From: the human T2T-CHM13v2.0 reference genome, Homo sapiens
NCBI RefSeq assembly: GCF_009914755.1
Contig: NC_060928.1
Direction: 5' to 3' (one strand)
DNA length: 64,000 nt
Below are positions 15,618-30,963 of the stretch, one piece after another. Numbering within the stretch: the stretch's first letter is position 1; each line of letters starts with the position of its first letter. A model generated the notes under the pieces. That model was not told the origin of the DNA, ran no database searches, and saw only the letters and a list, made by a program, of their open reading frames with translations. Position numbers and translations under genes: made by a program.

Positions 15618-18600
15618 TCAACCCACACAGCTATACTCAGTGGCCTTACTGAAAGTCATGTGTTTTTCTTTTTTTCTGAACAATGCTAAAGTTCACATTT
15701 GTCCTTTTCTACTTATTAAAGCAAATTTGATTTTTCTTCCCATTCTAATGATTAAAAAATGGCCCTAATTTTCCAGTTTAAATTTATTATCATAGATAAT
15801 AATAATAAAAATTTACTTCCTTAACAAAATATCGTATACACATTTTATTAAATTGAGCTCCGTTTTTTATCCTTGCTTGCCTTGTCTCTAGCCACCTCCT
15901 GTATAAGGATAGGGCTGTGTCATTGCCTTATGACAAAATTGTCTGTAGAAGTGATTTTTCAGTTTGTTATGATACAGGCAAGGTTGTAGAATGCCAGCCA
16001 GGAAAGTTAAGTGTGTACTTATAAGCATCAATTGCCCTTGACCAGATTCACAGCTTCTGCTTTTTTTTTCTTTTTTCCACTTTCATTTCCTGTAAGGGGA
16101 GATGTGATAAACCACAAAACTGGCCGTGAATCCTACACCTGCTAAAACTTGCCATTTGGATCCTGGCACTTACGTTTTATAAAATATACAAGCATATTTA
16201 TGCCAGTTTACATAAGAACACAAGAGCCTATTCACATGTTTTTCTATTAGAAAAAATATTTAAATTATGATTTTTATGCTGCCTAAACCAAGCTCTACTT
16301 AACATCTATTTTAACATAACCCTCTCTTGTATATTCAGCCTCAATTTCTTGGTATTTCTTGATGTTTTCAATTATCGCTCATTTTGTGTTCTTTTAAGTT
16401 TGAAAAATTTTGTCATGAACTGATAAAAAAAGGTTTTATAATTAAAGTTTTGGGAACCTTGACTAATGTAAATGTGAACGATACTGTTAAAAAGTTTGAC
16501 TATTTTGATTGATCTCACCACAGTCGTCATTTTTTTGTATTAAACTGACCATTCAGTTTAATCATAAAAAGCAAAACTGTTTATGTTGTTAGCATAGTTG
16601 AAGCAAGAATCATAGTTGCTATTTCCACCTCCAATATTTGGGTATGATATTATCATATTCAGTTCTTCATTAAATCTATGCTTCATGATAGGTGTTAAAC
16701 AGCAACAAGAGCTCAGATTTACTTCCATAAAGCTCAGGGGAGGTATAATCAAAACATTACTTAAAATGTAATTGCTTTTCCATCATAATATTTAAAATTG
16801 AGAGATCACTTTTCCAGGTGTCAAACAAACATTGAGTTTTAAAAAGTGTCAGAGTCACTAACACTTATCAAAATGCATTATTTATATCAAATAATTAAAA
16901 ATGAATTTCACTATCCCCAAATCACAGAACCTTCTTCTTTACCAAAAAAAAAAAAAAAAGGATTACCTCTAAACAGATACACAAGTTAAATAATTTTCAT
17001 GAGAGTGAGCAAATTCTAATGTTTAAAACACAAGGCCCACTAATGGGTTAGAATTCATTCTCACATAATTTCATTTGATCATTAGATCAAGCAATACTAT
17101 TTTAATTGTAATGAAAATATCAATTCTCAATATCATCTTTTTAATTATAGGATCAGAGATATTTTTGCCTCTAAAATGTCACTGTCTTTTCTTAGTTGTC
17201 AACCTGGACTTTATATCAGGACAGAGAACGGTGTAAGAAAAAGCTTTAAAGTGGGCCAAGAGTTTTGCTAAAATCAATTTCTGTTAAAGTGCTTTCTCAT
17301 TTATCACCTCTGAAAGGACATTTAACAAAGGCCTTCTGATGTAACTTTTGTCAGAGTACCAGGTAAACTGCGGATTAAACATTAGCTTAGTCTAGAGACG
17401 GAGTCTTGGAGAGGGAGGAGCAGTTTTCAAACTTTAATAGATGTGAGGAAATGAATTTATTTTGTTAAGTAGTGAGCTTCTTTTCCTAAAATAAAAATCT
17501 GTCACTTGGAGCTTAACAGTTTCATGTCCAGGGTGAGAATTAGAGTGTGAAGCATGATCCAGGGTATTAAGATAGTTAAAGGCTAAAAAAATAGATGGGT
17601 GGATCACTGGAAATATCCTTTCCAATGCAATAGTATAAAAAGTTTTATGTGTACTATGAATCTGGAATATTTGGATCTTGTGGGAAAAGTTGACTTTGTT
17701 GGCAGAGTATCCTGGTTTTTTTCTTCTTGTTTTTATGTTGTGTTGGTTTGTAGGACTGAAACTGAACTTGAAAGTGAAGTGGAGATTTTACATATGTGGA
17801 CAGTAATACATTTCTGTGAGGCATTTTCAGAGGTTTAGTTGTATCCATGTAAGTGATCAAAGTCCAAGGGCAAAACAAGAAGATTTAAGAAGAGATGCCA
17901 CCTGTATCAGATTATCTCAATACTTAAAGTTGTTTTGAGATACAAAGAATGTATCTGAATAAGACCCTCTGTTTTCAACCTTGGCAGTGACATTCTGTGG
18001 GTAGACCAAATTAGAGGTAGGCAGTATGTTGGAACACAAAAGAAAAGGCTATGCCTCCACCAAAACTGACTGCACCACCAATTTTATTGGAACTTTTTCT
18101 TTTTTAATACCACTTGGAATTTGGAAGGAAAGTAAGAAAATCTTTTCTGTTTTATCACTTATGCTGGATGTGGAGTCCCAAAAAAAGAGCACCCAAGGGG
18201 ATTTTAGTATTTATTTCTGCTTACACGAGAATATGAATAGGGTAAGAAAACCTGTGGGGGTGTGTGTGTGTGTTTACCCCCAGAAGTGGCTGTTATTCAT
18301 CATGAGGGAAGTGTTGGATGAGATGCTGCACAGAGGGAACTCTATGATTTTAGACAACACTTCCAGGTAAAATACATTGACTTTTATTTATTTTTTGAAA
18401 ATGCTTTAAAAATATATATAGCATAGTACTGCGACATATTAGGTGCTCAGTAAATGCTTTTGAATAAATTACAGCCCAGCTTCCTTGGGGTCCCTCATCT
18501 GTTACACTAACAGCAGGAATTCACTCCTTTTTCCACCTGCAGGACCTTCCAGCCCTCTTAATGTCTCACCCAGCTATTTCTGGGAATTTGAAAGGAATGG

Positions 18601-18843
18601 CTTCTTTGTGCTAAAAAGTAGGTCCACCATGGTGATTACTCCAGCCCCCTTTTGATTTTTACTGATTAGAGACTGCATGAAGAGACCAACATGGCAATAC
18701 TAATATCTCTGCTCAGGATGCAGTCTTCTGATTTGAACAGGGCTGCCAGGAGAGCTGTGTAGGACAATAGAGATTATGCCCTGTACAACCCCAGGGCTAC
18801 CATTTCCTTACACTCCAACAGAATGGCACTCCCTAGAATTGTG

Positions 18844-18857
18844 CCACAAGGTGGCTA
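18844..18857 (+). promoter_or_regulatory. Candidate CTCF site
   Basis: CCACAAGGTGGCTA closely matches the CTCF core; motif evidence only. Confidence 0.45.
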
Positions 18858-19953
18858 TGCTTGCACACACAAATACACATGCCCTGGGTATCAAAAAATG
18901 GCATGATACTCTGTGGAGGCCACTATATACTGATGCTGTGTGTGTGTGTGTAGAAATGGGGAAAGTACCCTCTCCCTCTCCCCCCTGACTCCCTTGGACA
19001 CCTGAGCACAGAAGTAGTATTGTTTGTGTCCTGTCCCTCCCCAGACAGCAACTTGACCATCTGGATACAGTCCCTCTATACATAAGACCCCATCAAATGT
19101 GCAGTGGAATCAAGAGTCGAGAAAAGTAGTTTGCTGTCTGCCTTCTCCTGACCCTAACTTCATGTGCCCATGAAGAGCTTTTGCTCAACTTTAAGTGACC
19201 TAACGTGTCTGTTTACTAGGCATGCCTGTTATGTTGGAGTTTCAGTTTGGGATCCAGCTGGGACCTTTGCTAGAAGTTGATTGAATGAGTAAATGAGTGA
19301 GTGAATGGGTTTTTGTATCCATACATGTATATTACTTTCTTTATTAAATAAACTTGTTTTGTGATGGGAAAAAAATAAAGCCTATTTGTGGTATTAGTTG
19401 CCATAGTGGAGTTTGAAGCTGAGCTTTTTCATCAATATCTGTTGGCAAGATAAGTTAGTTATTCGTATGTTTTCTGTTTATTTAGACTCTCTCTCTGCCT
19501 GATAATTACATGGAAAAGTTTGAGTTTGATAAACAATCCTCACAAAAGTTCCTAATAAACTGGCCATTGAATGGACAATAGGAGATAGCCCAAAGTGCTC
19601 TCTAGAGGAATGCTAATAATTTTCTGAGTTCTGCTTGGTTTGCTTTAAATGATAGAATACCTAAGGGTCCCTAGGGCATCTTTAACATAAGTAATTTACT
19701 TTTAATTTAAAACAAAACCCTGGTTACCCTTAAGCCACAGGGGGAATTGTTGTTTTCTAGTCAGGGGTGAAATCACAGTTCAATCACCCTGTTGTTTCTA
19801 AAAGCTGTAACCTCCTTAAGGGAAGTGTCAGAGCCTCCAGCCAGAGGCTGATCTGCATTCACACACCTACTCAGTACAAGGGCCTATGTCCCACATAGTC
19901 TCTGGATACAGATTATAGAGGACAAAATGGAATTTTGCTTTCTCAGGTAGTGT

Positions 19954-20126
19954 CTTTCTTTTTCTTTCTTTCCCTTCCTTTCTTTCTTCCTTTCTTCTTT
20001 TCTTTTCTCTTTCTTTCTTCTTTCTTTCTTTCTTCTTTCTTTTTCTCTTTCTTTGTTCTTTCTTCTCTCTTTCTCTTTTCTTTCTTCCTTTCTCTCTCTT
20101 TCTTTCTTTCTATCCTCTTTCTTTTC
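19954..20126. repeat. (TTTC)n-like polypyrimidine tract
   Basis: ~170 bp of almost pure C/T. Confidence 0.95.
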
Positions 20127-20426
20127 AAAAACAGAAACGTGGCTTACAAGTATGTAGTTTCTTTTTGAAGCACAGTGATTCTAACTACTCTCTACTACTT
20201 CTTATTATCTCCCAATTTACCATAGATACACAGATTAAATTGATTGAAATATTTTGAAAAGTACTTCTATGTTACTGATAGATAAAAGTCTAAATTCTTC
20301 AACCTGCTAAGAAGACCCTTCTCAACGTGGCCTTCACTTCCCTTTCCAACTGTTTTCTAACATCTCTGGCTCTATAGCCTACGTCCCAGACAACACAAAC
20401 TTAATGTCATTGCCCATACATCGTGC

Positions 20427-21187
20427 TGATTCAGACAGGAGACAGGGATATACTGGGTAGAAGGGGGCAGTTCCCTGGCAAAGGCCCCACCCTCAAGCCT
20501 GGAAACCTGTGGCCCTAAATGGGAACAGGTATTCCTGTTTTCGTGTCCAAATGTCTTTTGGTCCACCACGCCCCCCTATCCTGCACCCATATAAACCGCA
20601 AACCGCAGGCTCCATAAGCAGATGAGCACACAAACAGAAGGGTAGAGGAGCAGAAGAGCAGCACAGCAGAGAAGGAGAGAAGAGAAGGAGTGTCCGAAAG
20701 TCAAGGGGAGTTTGGCTGGGGACGGTTAGAGAGGAGATGTGTTTGGGACAGCTTAACTCCAGGGGAAGATCATCTTCCCACTCATTCCCTTTCCAGCTCC
20801 GCATCCATCCGCTGAGAGCCACCTCCATCACCTTATAAAATCCCTGCATTCACCATCCTTTGAGTCTGTGTGTGACCTCATTCTTCCTGGACACCAGACA
20901 AGAACCTGGGTACCAAGAGGGCACTGAGCTGGTTAACTCTTAAGCTGTTTGCAGACAACAGAGCTAAAAGAGCACTGTGGCATGCCCACTGGGGCTTCTA
21001 GAGTCACAGGCACCCACCCCTAGATGCTACCTTGGGGCCGGAGCCCAAAAGCACTTGCCCGGCTTCCTGCACCTGCCTGTCGGTGTGCTCCCATCCTGTA
21101 AAGGATTTGAGCATTCAGCGGCCAAGCAGACAAGCCACACCCCTGTTGCACATCCTGTAAGGGGGGTCAGGGAATGCTCCTGTTTCA
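20427..21187 (+). mobile_element. Solo ERV1 LTR, LTR1 family
   Basis: TG...CA termini; 5' tgattcagacaggagacaggg.tatactgggtagaagggggcagttccctggcaaaggccccaccctcaagcctgg and 3' ggggtcagggaatgctcctgtttca match LTR1 as I recall it; TATA-like catataaa near 20590; no clear TSD. Confidence 0.8.
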
Positions 21188-21289
21188 TCACAACACACTC
21201 TGTGACACTGTGCCTGCTATTCCTTCTCTTCTTCATGTAACACAGTCTTGTTCATCCTTAATAACTGGTGATCTTTAGGGTCATTTACA

Positions 21290-21675
21290 AATGGTCAGTT
21301 TCTCCTGCTTTCAGGCATTTGGTAAGATCGCTCTTTTCCCATCCCATTTTAAATTAGATGTGGTCATGTGACTTGCTTTTTCCAATATGTGGTGAGCAGA
21401 TGTGCTGTATTCATCAGGCAGAAATTTCCTGGCAGAAGTTTCAAGGGCAAGGGTTGCCGAGTTCTCTCCCGCTGCTCCAGCTATCATGAAGTTACCTGTT
21501 GAGACGAAGTCTCTGTCACCAGGGGCTCCTAGTGACTGTACTGAGCAGTAGTTTCCTGCTAACTGGAATTGGATGTGTAACATGAGTGATGTGTAAAACT
21601 TGCGCATGTATTAAAGCAACGGATGCATTGGTGGTGTTTGTTACCATGGCATAACCTCACCTAACCTGACTGACA
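21290..21675 (+). mobile_element. MLT1-type MaLR LTR
   Basis: ggtcatgtgacttgctttttccaat...gtttgttaccatggcataacctcacctaacctgactgaca. Confidence 0.75.
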
Positions 21676-22231
21676 GAACAACACAACCAAATTCAAGTGT
21701 GACTTTATCTAGGAAGCCTGCTCCTAGATAACATCTTTCCCACAATGACCTGTTAATCACAATTTTCTTGGTGACTTCATAATGCTTTTTCCATAACTTC
21801 ATTGTTACGCTTGCCACAGTGCTTAGGGATTTTGTTTACATGACTCTTTCCCCTATCATGCTTTGAACACCTCAAAAGAAAGACCAGATCTTAGATACCA
21901 TACCCACCCTTTCTCATTTTTTGACACATTGGTTGGCACATGGTTGCTATTTAATGACTATTTTTAAATAAATGAGAAAAAGGACAATCAGGAAAGCCAT
22001 TTTCCTTTTCTGATTAGAAAAGATTTTTTAACAGCTTAAAGAAGCTGTTAAAACAGAGAAAATAAGTTCATCAAGTTATCAGACCAACCCTTTTGTTATT
22101 GTTCATGTGAGGTAAAGAATGTATTAAAATTATTTTAATATCTGTTTTGTCCTGAAATAATTTCAAAGGATGATAGTTTGGTAGTCAATAATTTCATTGA
22201 TAATGTAAAGATCATCACCCAAATCTCTCTC

Positions 22232-22493
22232 TTTTTTTTTTTTTTTGAGATGTATTCTTGCTCTGTCGCCCAGGGCGGTGTGCAGTGGCACAATCTCAGC
22301 TCACTGCAACCTCCGCCTCCTGGGTTCAAGCAATTCGTGCCTGCCACCATGCCCGGCTAATTTTTGGATTTTTAGTAGAGAAAGGATTTCACCATGATGG
22401 CCAGGCTGGTCTCGAACTCCTGACCTCAAATGATTGACCTGCCTCGGCCTCCCAAAGTGCTGGGATTACAGGCATAAACCACCGTGCCCCGCC
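22232..22493 (-). mobile_element. AluS with internal deletion
   Basis: Alu; TSD cacccaaatct. Confidence 0.94.
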
Positions 22494-22579
22494 ACCCAAA
22501 TCTGTATGTTATAATTAAGTTACACCTTACTTCACTCACATTAAGTTAATCATTAGTATTGTGGTTTCTTATGGATCTT

Positions 22580-23280
22580 TAATTCATTCGGCAAATATTT
22601 ATTGACTGTTGTGCTGCATCCAGTGTTGTGCTAGGCCCTGGGAATGTACAACTGAATAAAACACAATTCCTGACATCAGGGAGCTTATAGCTTAGTGGGG
22701 CAGAAATACAAACAGGTAATTATAATACAATGTGGCACAGGCAATGATTGAAGTACATGCAAGGTGTTATTTATGAACACAGAAGAGACATTAGTCCTGT
22801 CTGAAGAGTTTAAATCAGGAAGATAACATGATCACATTTACAATCCAGCTATTTTCTTCTGGTTGTTAGGTTACTGTTTTCTGTATGACGTGCAATGGTT
22901 ATAGAATGGAGAGATGATGGCAAAATCAGAAGGTCTTACTGATTGCGTTGATGTGGGAGTAAGAGTTGGGAGGAAACAAAGATGATACCCAGGGTGCTAA
23001 CTTGCATGATTGAGTATATGAGAATGGCACAGATTAAGACAACAGAAATATAAATAGATTTATGTAAAAGTTAACAAAATGAGGTGGACAGGTTCAGTCT
23101 GATGTATGGGTGAGGTTTTCAGATTCTATATCCTTCAGAAAATTGAAAATACACATCTAAAGTTTAAGAAGATAATGATGCTGGAGATATGGATTTGGGG
23201 TTACTAACAGACAGCTGATACCTTGAGAAACTAGCATGTAATGAGTGGCAAAGGAAACAGGAGAAATTCAGACATATTAG
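22580..23280 (-). mobile_element. L2 fragments
   Basis: attcattcggcaaatatttattga...gtgctaggccctgggaat typical of the L2 3' end. Confidence 0.7.
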
Positions 23281-23283
23281 AGC

Positions 23284-24260
<977 letters not shown>

Positions 24261-24441
24261 AGAGTATAAAGAAGGAGTATGGTGACACACAGAGTGGATA
24301 AGCTGTCTCCAAAATCTTAAAAGGACTAAAAGCATTGTCCTTCTTTCTTAGGTGTGGCAGATATGAGATGCAATAATTTGTCCTTTATTTTTGAGGGGAT
24401 AGCCTTATATGTCCTTAAAAAAAAGTCACTGTAAACTTTAA

Positions 24442-24806
<365 letters not shown>

Positions 24807-25449
24807 AGAGTGTATTTATCTTGCTAGGTAGAGACTTCTGCAACATCCTTAAGAAAGATTATAAGGGCCAGCCTTCAACTAGTCTTCAACAGAGAGGAGT
24901 GGGCCACTTCTTCAGGCTCAAAGGGTTCAGCAGACTCAGATTTCAGAGTTCTTGATTGCATTGACCCAGATGTTCTTAAGTCCCAGGTCCTTTCCAATCA
25001 AGGTGTGATAATCAAATCAGATTTGAGAGTACAAACTTCTGGACTTCACCCCCTTTCTAATTAAGTCTAATGTTTGATGCTTAGCTTTTTCTGCCCTCTA
25101 GCTGCAGAAGATGAACCTCTTTATACGCAGCCAAGGACAGTCTATAACTTGCACTTCTTAAGTTGGTGATTAATCACCATTGTCTTCATTGTCTTTTTTC
25201 TAATGCATCAATAATACCCAGCAACAGACATCTAATTCCATGGTCCTTAAAAGCACCACTTCCTCCATGCTTCTCAAATGCCTGAGACAATAGTATCCTT
25301 CAGAGCGTTCCTTTCCACCGGTATCCTATACTCCTTAACCTCTCATGAACAATTGAACTGCTACAGCTGCCAGGAGCTTTTGATACTCCGTCTGCTGAGC
25401 CCCTTCCAAAGCCCCACTGCAGAGCTGCCTCCTAAGAATACTTCCAGTA

Positions 25450-25900
25450 CCAAGTCCTAGGTTGGGTTTCCTGGAAACAGATGCTGAGATGGAGGTTTGC
25501 ATGTAGCAGGATTATTGATTCATGCTCCTGGAGCAGCACTTGTAAGGGAGTAAGAAAAGCATGATTGGGAAGAGGAATCAGTGGCAACAGAGACCTCTGC
25601 TGATCCCACAGAGAGCTCTGCAAGTGGGATGGCCCTTCAGAGGTGTCCTGAGTTAAAGCAGGAGAGCCTGGAGACTCAAACTCACATAAAATGGTGATTA
25701 GATATAAGCAGTCCCTGAGGATGGGACATAACCTTGGGTGAGGCAGCTACCTTTGACCAAAAATAATTCCCAGAGAGGGATGCAGTTGTGAGCCATAAAC
25801 AGTCAAATTATTATTAAATTATAACCCCAGAACAGGGGAGGGGAAAGGAAGGATAGGTGCCTTGGGCCGAAGAGGGTGATCTGGGTGTGCTCCACAGCAT
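25450..25900 (-). mobile_element. ERVL LTR (LTR16/LTR33 group)
   Basis: ggttgggtttcctggaaacagatgctgagatggaggtttgcatg...gggatggcccttcagag...aaccttgggtgaggcagct. Confidence 0.7.
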
Positions 25901-26149
25901 CACTACAGTTAGGAATTTTAGAGGTACTGGGGGAGGGGATGAGAGAACAGGATTTCAAGGAAGAAGGAAAGATGAACAGACTCATGTCCCTCCTGCCCGC
26001 TTATCATTGCCACTTTCTAATTCAACCAAGATGTGGAAAAAGCATGAGCTTTGGAGTCTCACACACATGTGTTCATATTACAGTCTGAAACTTGCTAGCT
26101 GTGAGATGCTAGACACTGGTCTAGCATAAGAACTCATTAACAATGGTCA

Positions 26150-26700
<551 letters not shown>

Positions 26701-28061
26701 TGCAGTGCCTTGTTCTCCTTACATAAAATATTTTGTTATAAGAACTCACGTGTGTAGTGTGCTTGCCACAAAGTAGGTACCTGATAAATGCAAATTTCCT
26801 TGTAGTTTCCTCTTGGATGGATTTCTGGAATTATCTAGTCTACACTGATCTTCTGGCCCTGGTTCTGGAAGGGTTCCCATCATCCCTCCCCCAGCAGGGC
26901 TTTCTAAGTGCTTTGACATGTATGAGCAGTTGAGACCAGAGTTTAGATGCTTCATTCATGCCTGGTATTCATATTGCCTATGTTGTTGCAAAATAGATGC
27001 TCTAAACATTTACAAAATAAACGAAAGAATAGAAAATGGATATTTTTTAAAGGTAGTTCCTAGAAATGTTCTATTGCAAGATTGTGGTGGTGGTTAAACT
27101 ACTATGTGCATTTGTCAAAACTGATTGCATTATGCACTTCAATGGGTACATTTTATTATATGTAAATTATTCTTCAATGAAGCTAATTTAAAAATAGTTT
27201 TAACTCTTAGAGTAATGAAAAAGAAGCTCCCCATGATACATTTTACCACATGGGATGCTGGGAAGAGTTTTCTGCCACTAGAAAGGGAATCTAGTGGTAC
27301 AATTAGGTCAGCCACTGCAGAAAGATTAAGTTTCTGGTTCAACCAAGATAATGTAACAACTTGGGCTCAGTGTTTCTTTAATTGATTTACTGTTTCCTCT
27401 CTGCTGCTTCTGTTATTCTGAGACTACTTTGAGTAAGTTTTAATTTTAATTTTAAACATGACTTACTAAATTTTCTAGGAAATTGAACCTCAATAGTGCT
27501 GTCATATTGACCATATCCATAAAACACAATGGACAGGAAACAGCATATTGCTTTACAGTTCCAAATAGGCACATACAGTAATCTCAATCAGCCATGTTCA
27601 CACAGGCAGAAATTCCACATGAACGATAAGAATCTGGAATGAGAATTCTTCAGATGCTATTACTTTTTTATTTTCTGAAGGTTGAGAGAATAAATTTGTA
27701 TGTTTATTTTCTTAAATTGTCAAGCCCTAAAAATTAACTTCATATGTGTTATGGTTATGAATAACATCACTGAAAGTCATGTCATTCAGTTTGGAAATAC
27801 AAATTAATATCTAGTCAAAAGAATCAACTGTGAGAATAAATCTTGAAAGTATTGTTCAAGAGCAACTTACCGTAGTTTTCTAGAGCATAAATTCCTTCTG
27901 GTTTTTGGTGTCATGCTAATAAAGATAAGATAATAGGATATGTTGGGTTTTAAAAATATTTATAGTAATAGGGTTATAGATATAATTTTGTTAACATTAT
28001 ATAGGGTGAAAAAAGATGTATCATGTTTTACTGAATTCCTGGTTTTTTGGTATTGCTCATG

Positions 28062-28361
28062 TTTTTTTTTTTTTTTTTTTTTTTTTTCCTGAGACGGAGT
28101 CTCGCTCTGTCCCCCAGGCTGGAGTGTGGTGGTGCAATCTTGGCTCACGGCATCCTCCTCCGCCTCCTGGATTCAAGCAATGCTCCTGCCTCAGCCTCCC
28201 GAGTAGCTGGGATTACAGGTGCCCGCCTCCACACCCAGCTAATTTTTGTATTTTTAGTAGAGACAGGGTTTTACTATGTTGGCCAGATCCTGATCTTGTG
28301 ATCTGCCCACCTCGGCCTCCCAAAGTGCTGGGATTACAGGCGTGAGCCACCGCGCCCAGCT
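28062..28361 (-). mobile_element. AluS
   Basis: Alu dimer with long poly-T. Confidence 0.95.
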
Positions 28362-29065
28362 GTTTTTGTTTGTTTTTAAGCAACAGAACTATAAGTTTTT
28401 AATCTTTGTTTTCCCAGCCTTATTACAGTGGTAACATTCAATTAATACCCGCTTACTAACTGACGTGAACAAAAGAAGCCGTCACGTGTTACTTCAAGAA
28501 TAGCTATTGGGCACACTGAAGGCCACAGAGGCAGCTCTTCCCAATGTAGACAACAGGTTATTGCTGGGAGAGGCTTTAGAAATCTCAGTCTATTAACAAG
28601 TACAGTTAATAGAAAACAAAACTAAGGTCCAGTGAGGTTGTGGTGATTAGTTCAAGGTTATCTAGCAGAACCAGATCTAGAATTTAGGACTCCTGTGTTC
28701 TAGTTCATTTCTCTTTCAACTACCTGATACTGGCCCCATGTATTTTTAATCATCAGATAAGCATTCACTCATTCTATTGTAAACAAATACCTATTGCACT
28801 CCTACTAATGTCAGATGCTATCCTAAACATTGAGGATAAAATACCAAACAGTACACATGCCTTACTTTGTGAAGCTTAGACTTGAGTAGGAGATGCAAAT
28901 ATAAATATGCAAATAGAGCATTACTAAATTTCACTTTATTATGAGAATAATTACAGCAAATTTTAAAAATAACTTATTCTGTTAATTACTTCACATTGCA
29001 AGCACTATGCTAATAGTCATATAACCTTATTTGGTGCTCACCAAAACTCTCTGCGTATTTATAAT

Positions 29066-29103
29066 TATTTCCATATATATGGAAATATATATTTCCATAT
29101 ATA
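29066..29103. repeat. Two overlapping perfect palindromes (22 bp and 30 bp)
   Basis: tatttccatatatatggaaata (29066-29087) and tatatatggaaatatatatttccatatata (29074-29103). Confidence 0.93.
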
Positions 29104-29364
29104 AGGTTTCTGAGGTTGAGTAAATTGCCAGGGCCACTGGGTTCTTTCAATGTTCTGCCCAGAGGGTATAGACTGCAGGGCCAGCATTAGAAACCTAGGT
29201 GGGAGAAGGAGGCTGGAGTCCTGGCATTCAGAACACGAACATTCACTTTAGTCCCTGACACCAAATGTGCTGTGCCCCCAGTCCAGAGACCCTGTGTTTT
29301 TGTCCTCTCTACAGAATAAACTTTATTTTTGTTTTCCATGATGATAAGGAAGGAATTCACCTAG

Positions 29365-29654
<290 letters not shown>

Positions 29655-30051
29655 TGAAACAGACTTTCAAACAGTCGACATTACCTTGGCCCTGCTTCCT
29701 TCACCCAACTGAAGAGATAATAGTAGGTATATGATAATTGTGATCTTTTTTTTTTTCCATTGCATGTAAATGTTTGGGTATGTCTAATTATTTTTAATGA
29801 TTATTACTAGAAATTGACAATGTAATATTCATAACTATAACATATAATATTAGTAGAAATAGAATTGCCGGACTAAGAAGGCATGAACATTTTCAAGGTT
29901 ATTCATATGGATCACCAAAATATTCTCCCAAAAGTTTGTACAAATTTATATATCAATCTGTTTTTATGATGCTGCTGTCTTCATGCCCTCAACAATGTTG
30001 GATATTCATAGCATTATTACTGGATAATTAGGATGTATGTATGTTATCTTA

Positions 30052-30620
<569 letters not shown>

Positions 30621-30642
30621 TATTAAAAGTTTTATGGCAGGA

Positions 30643-30963
<321 letters not shown>

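Noticed and set aside
19935-20168. Phe/Ser/Leu-rich and Lys/Glu/Arg-rich ORFs
   Set aside because: Translation of the (TTTC)n tract
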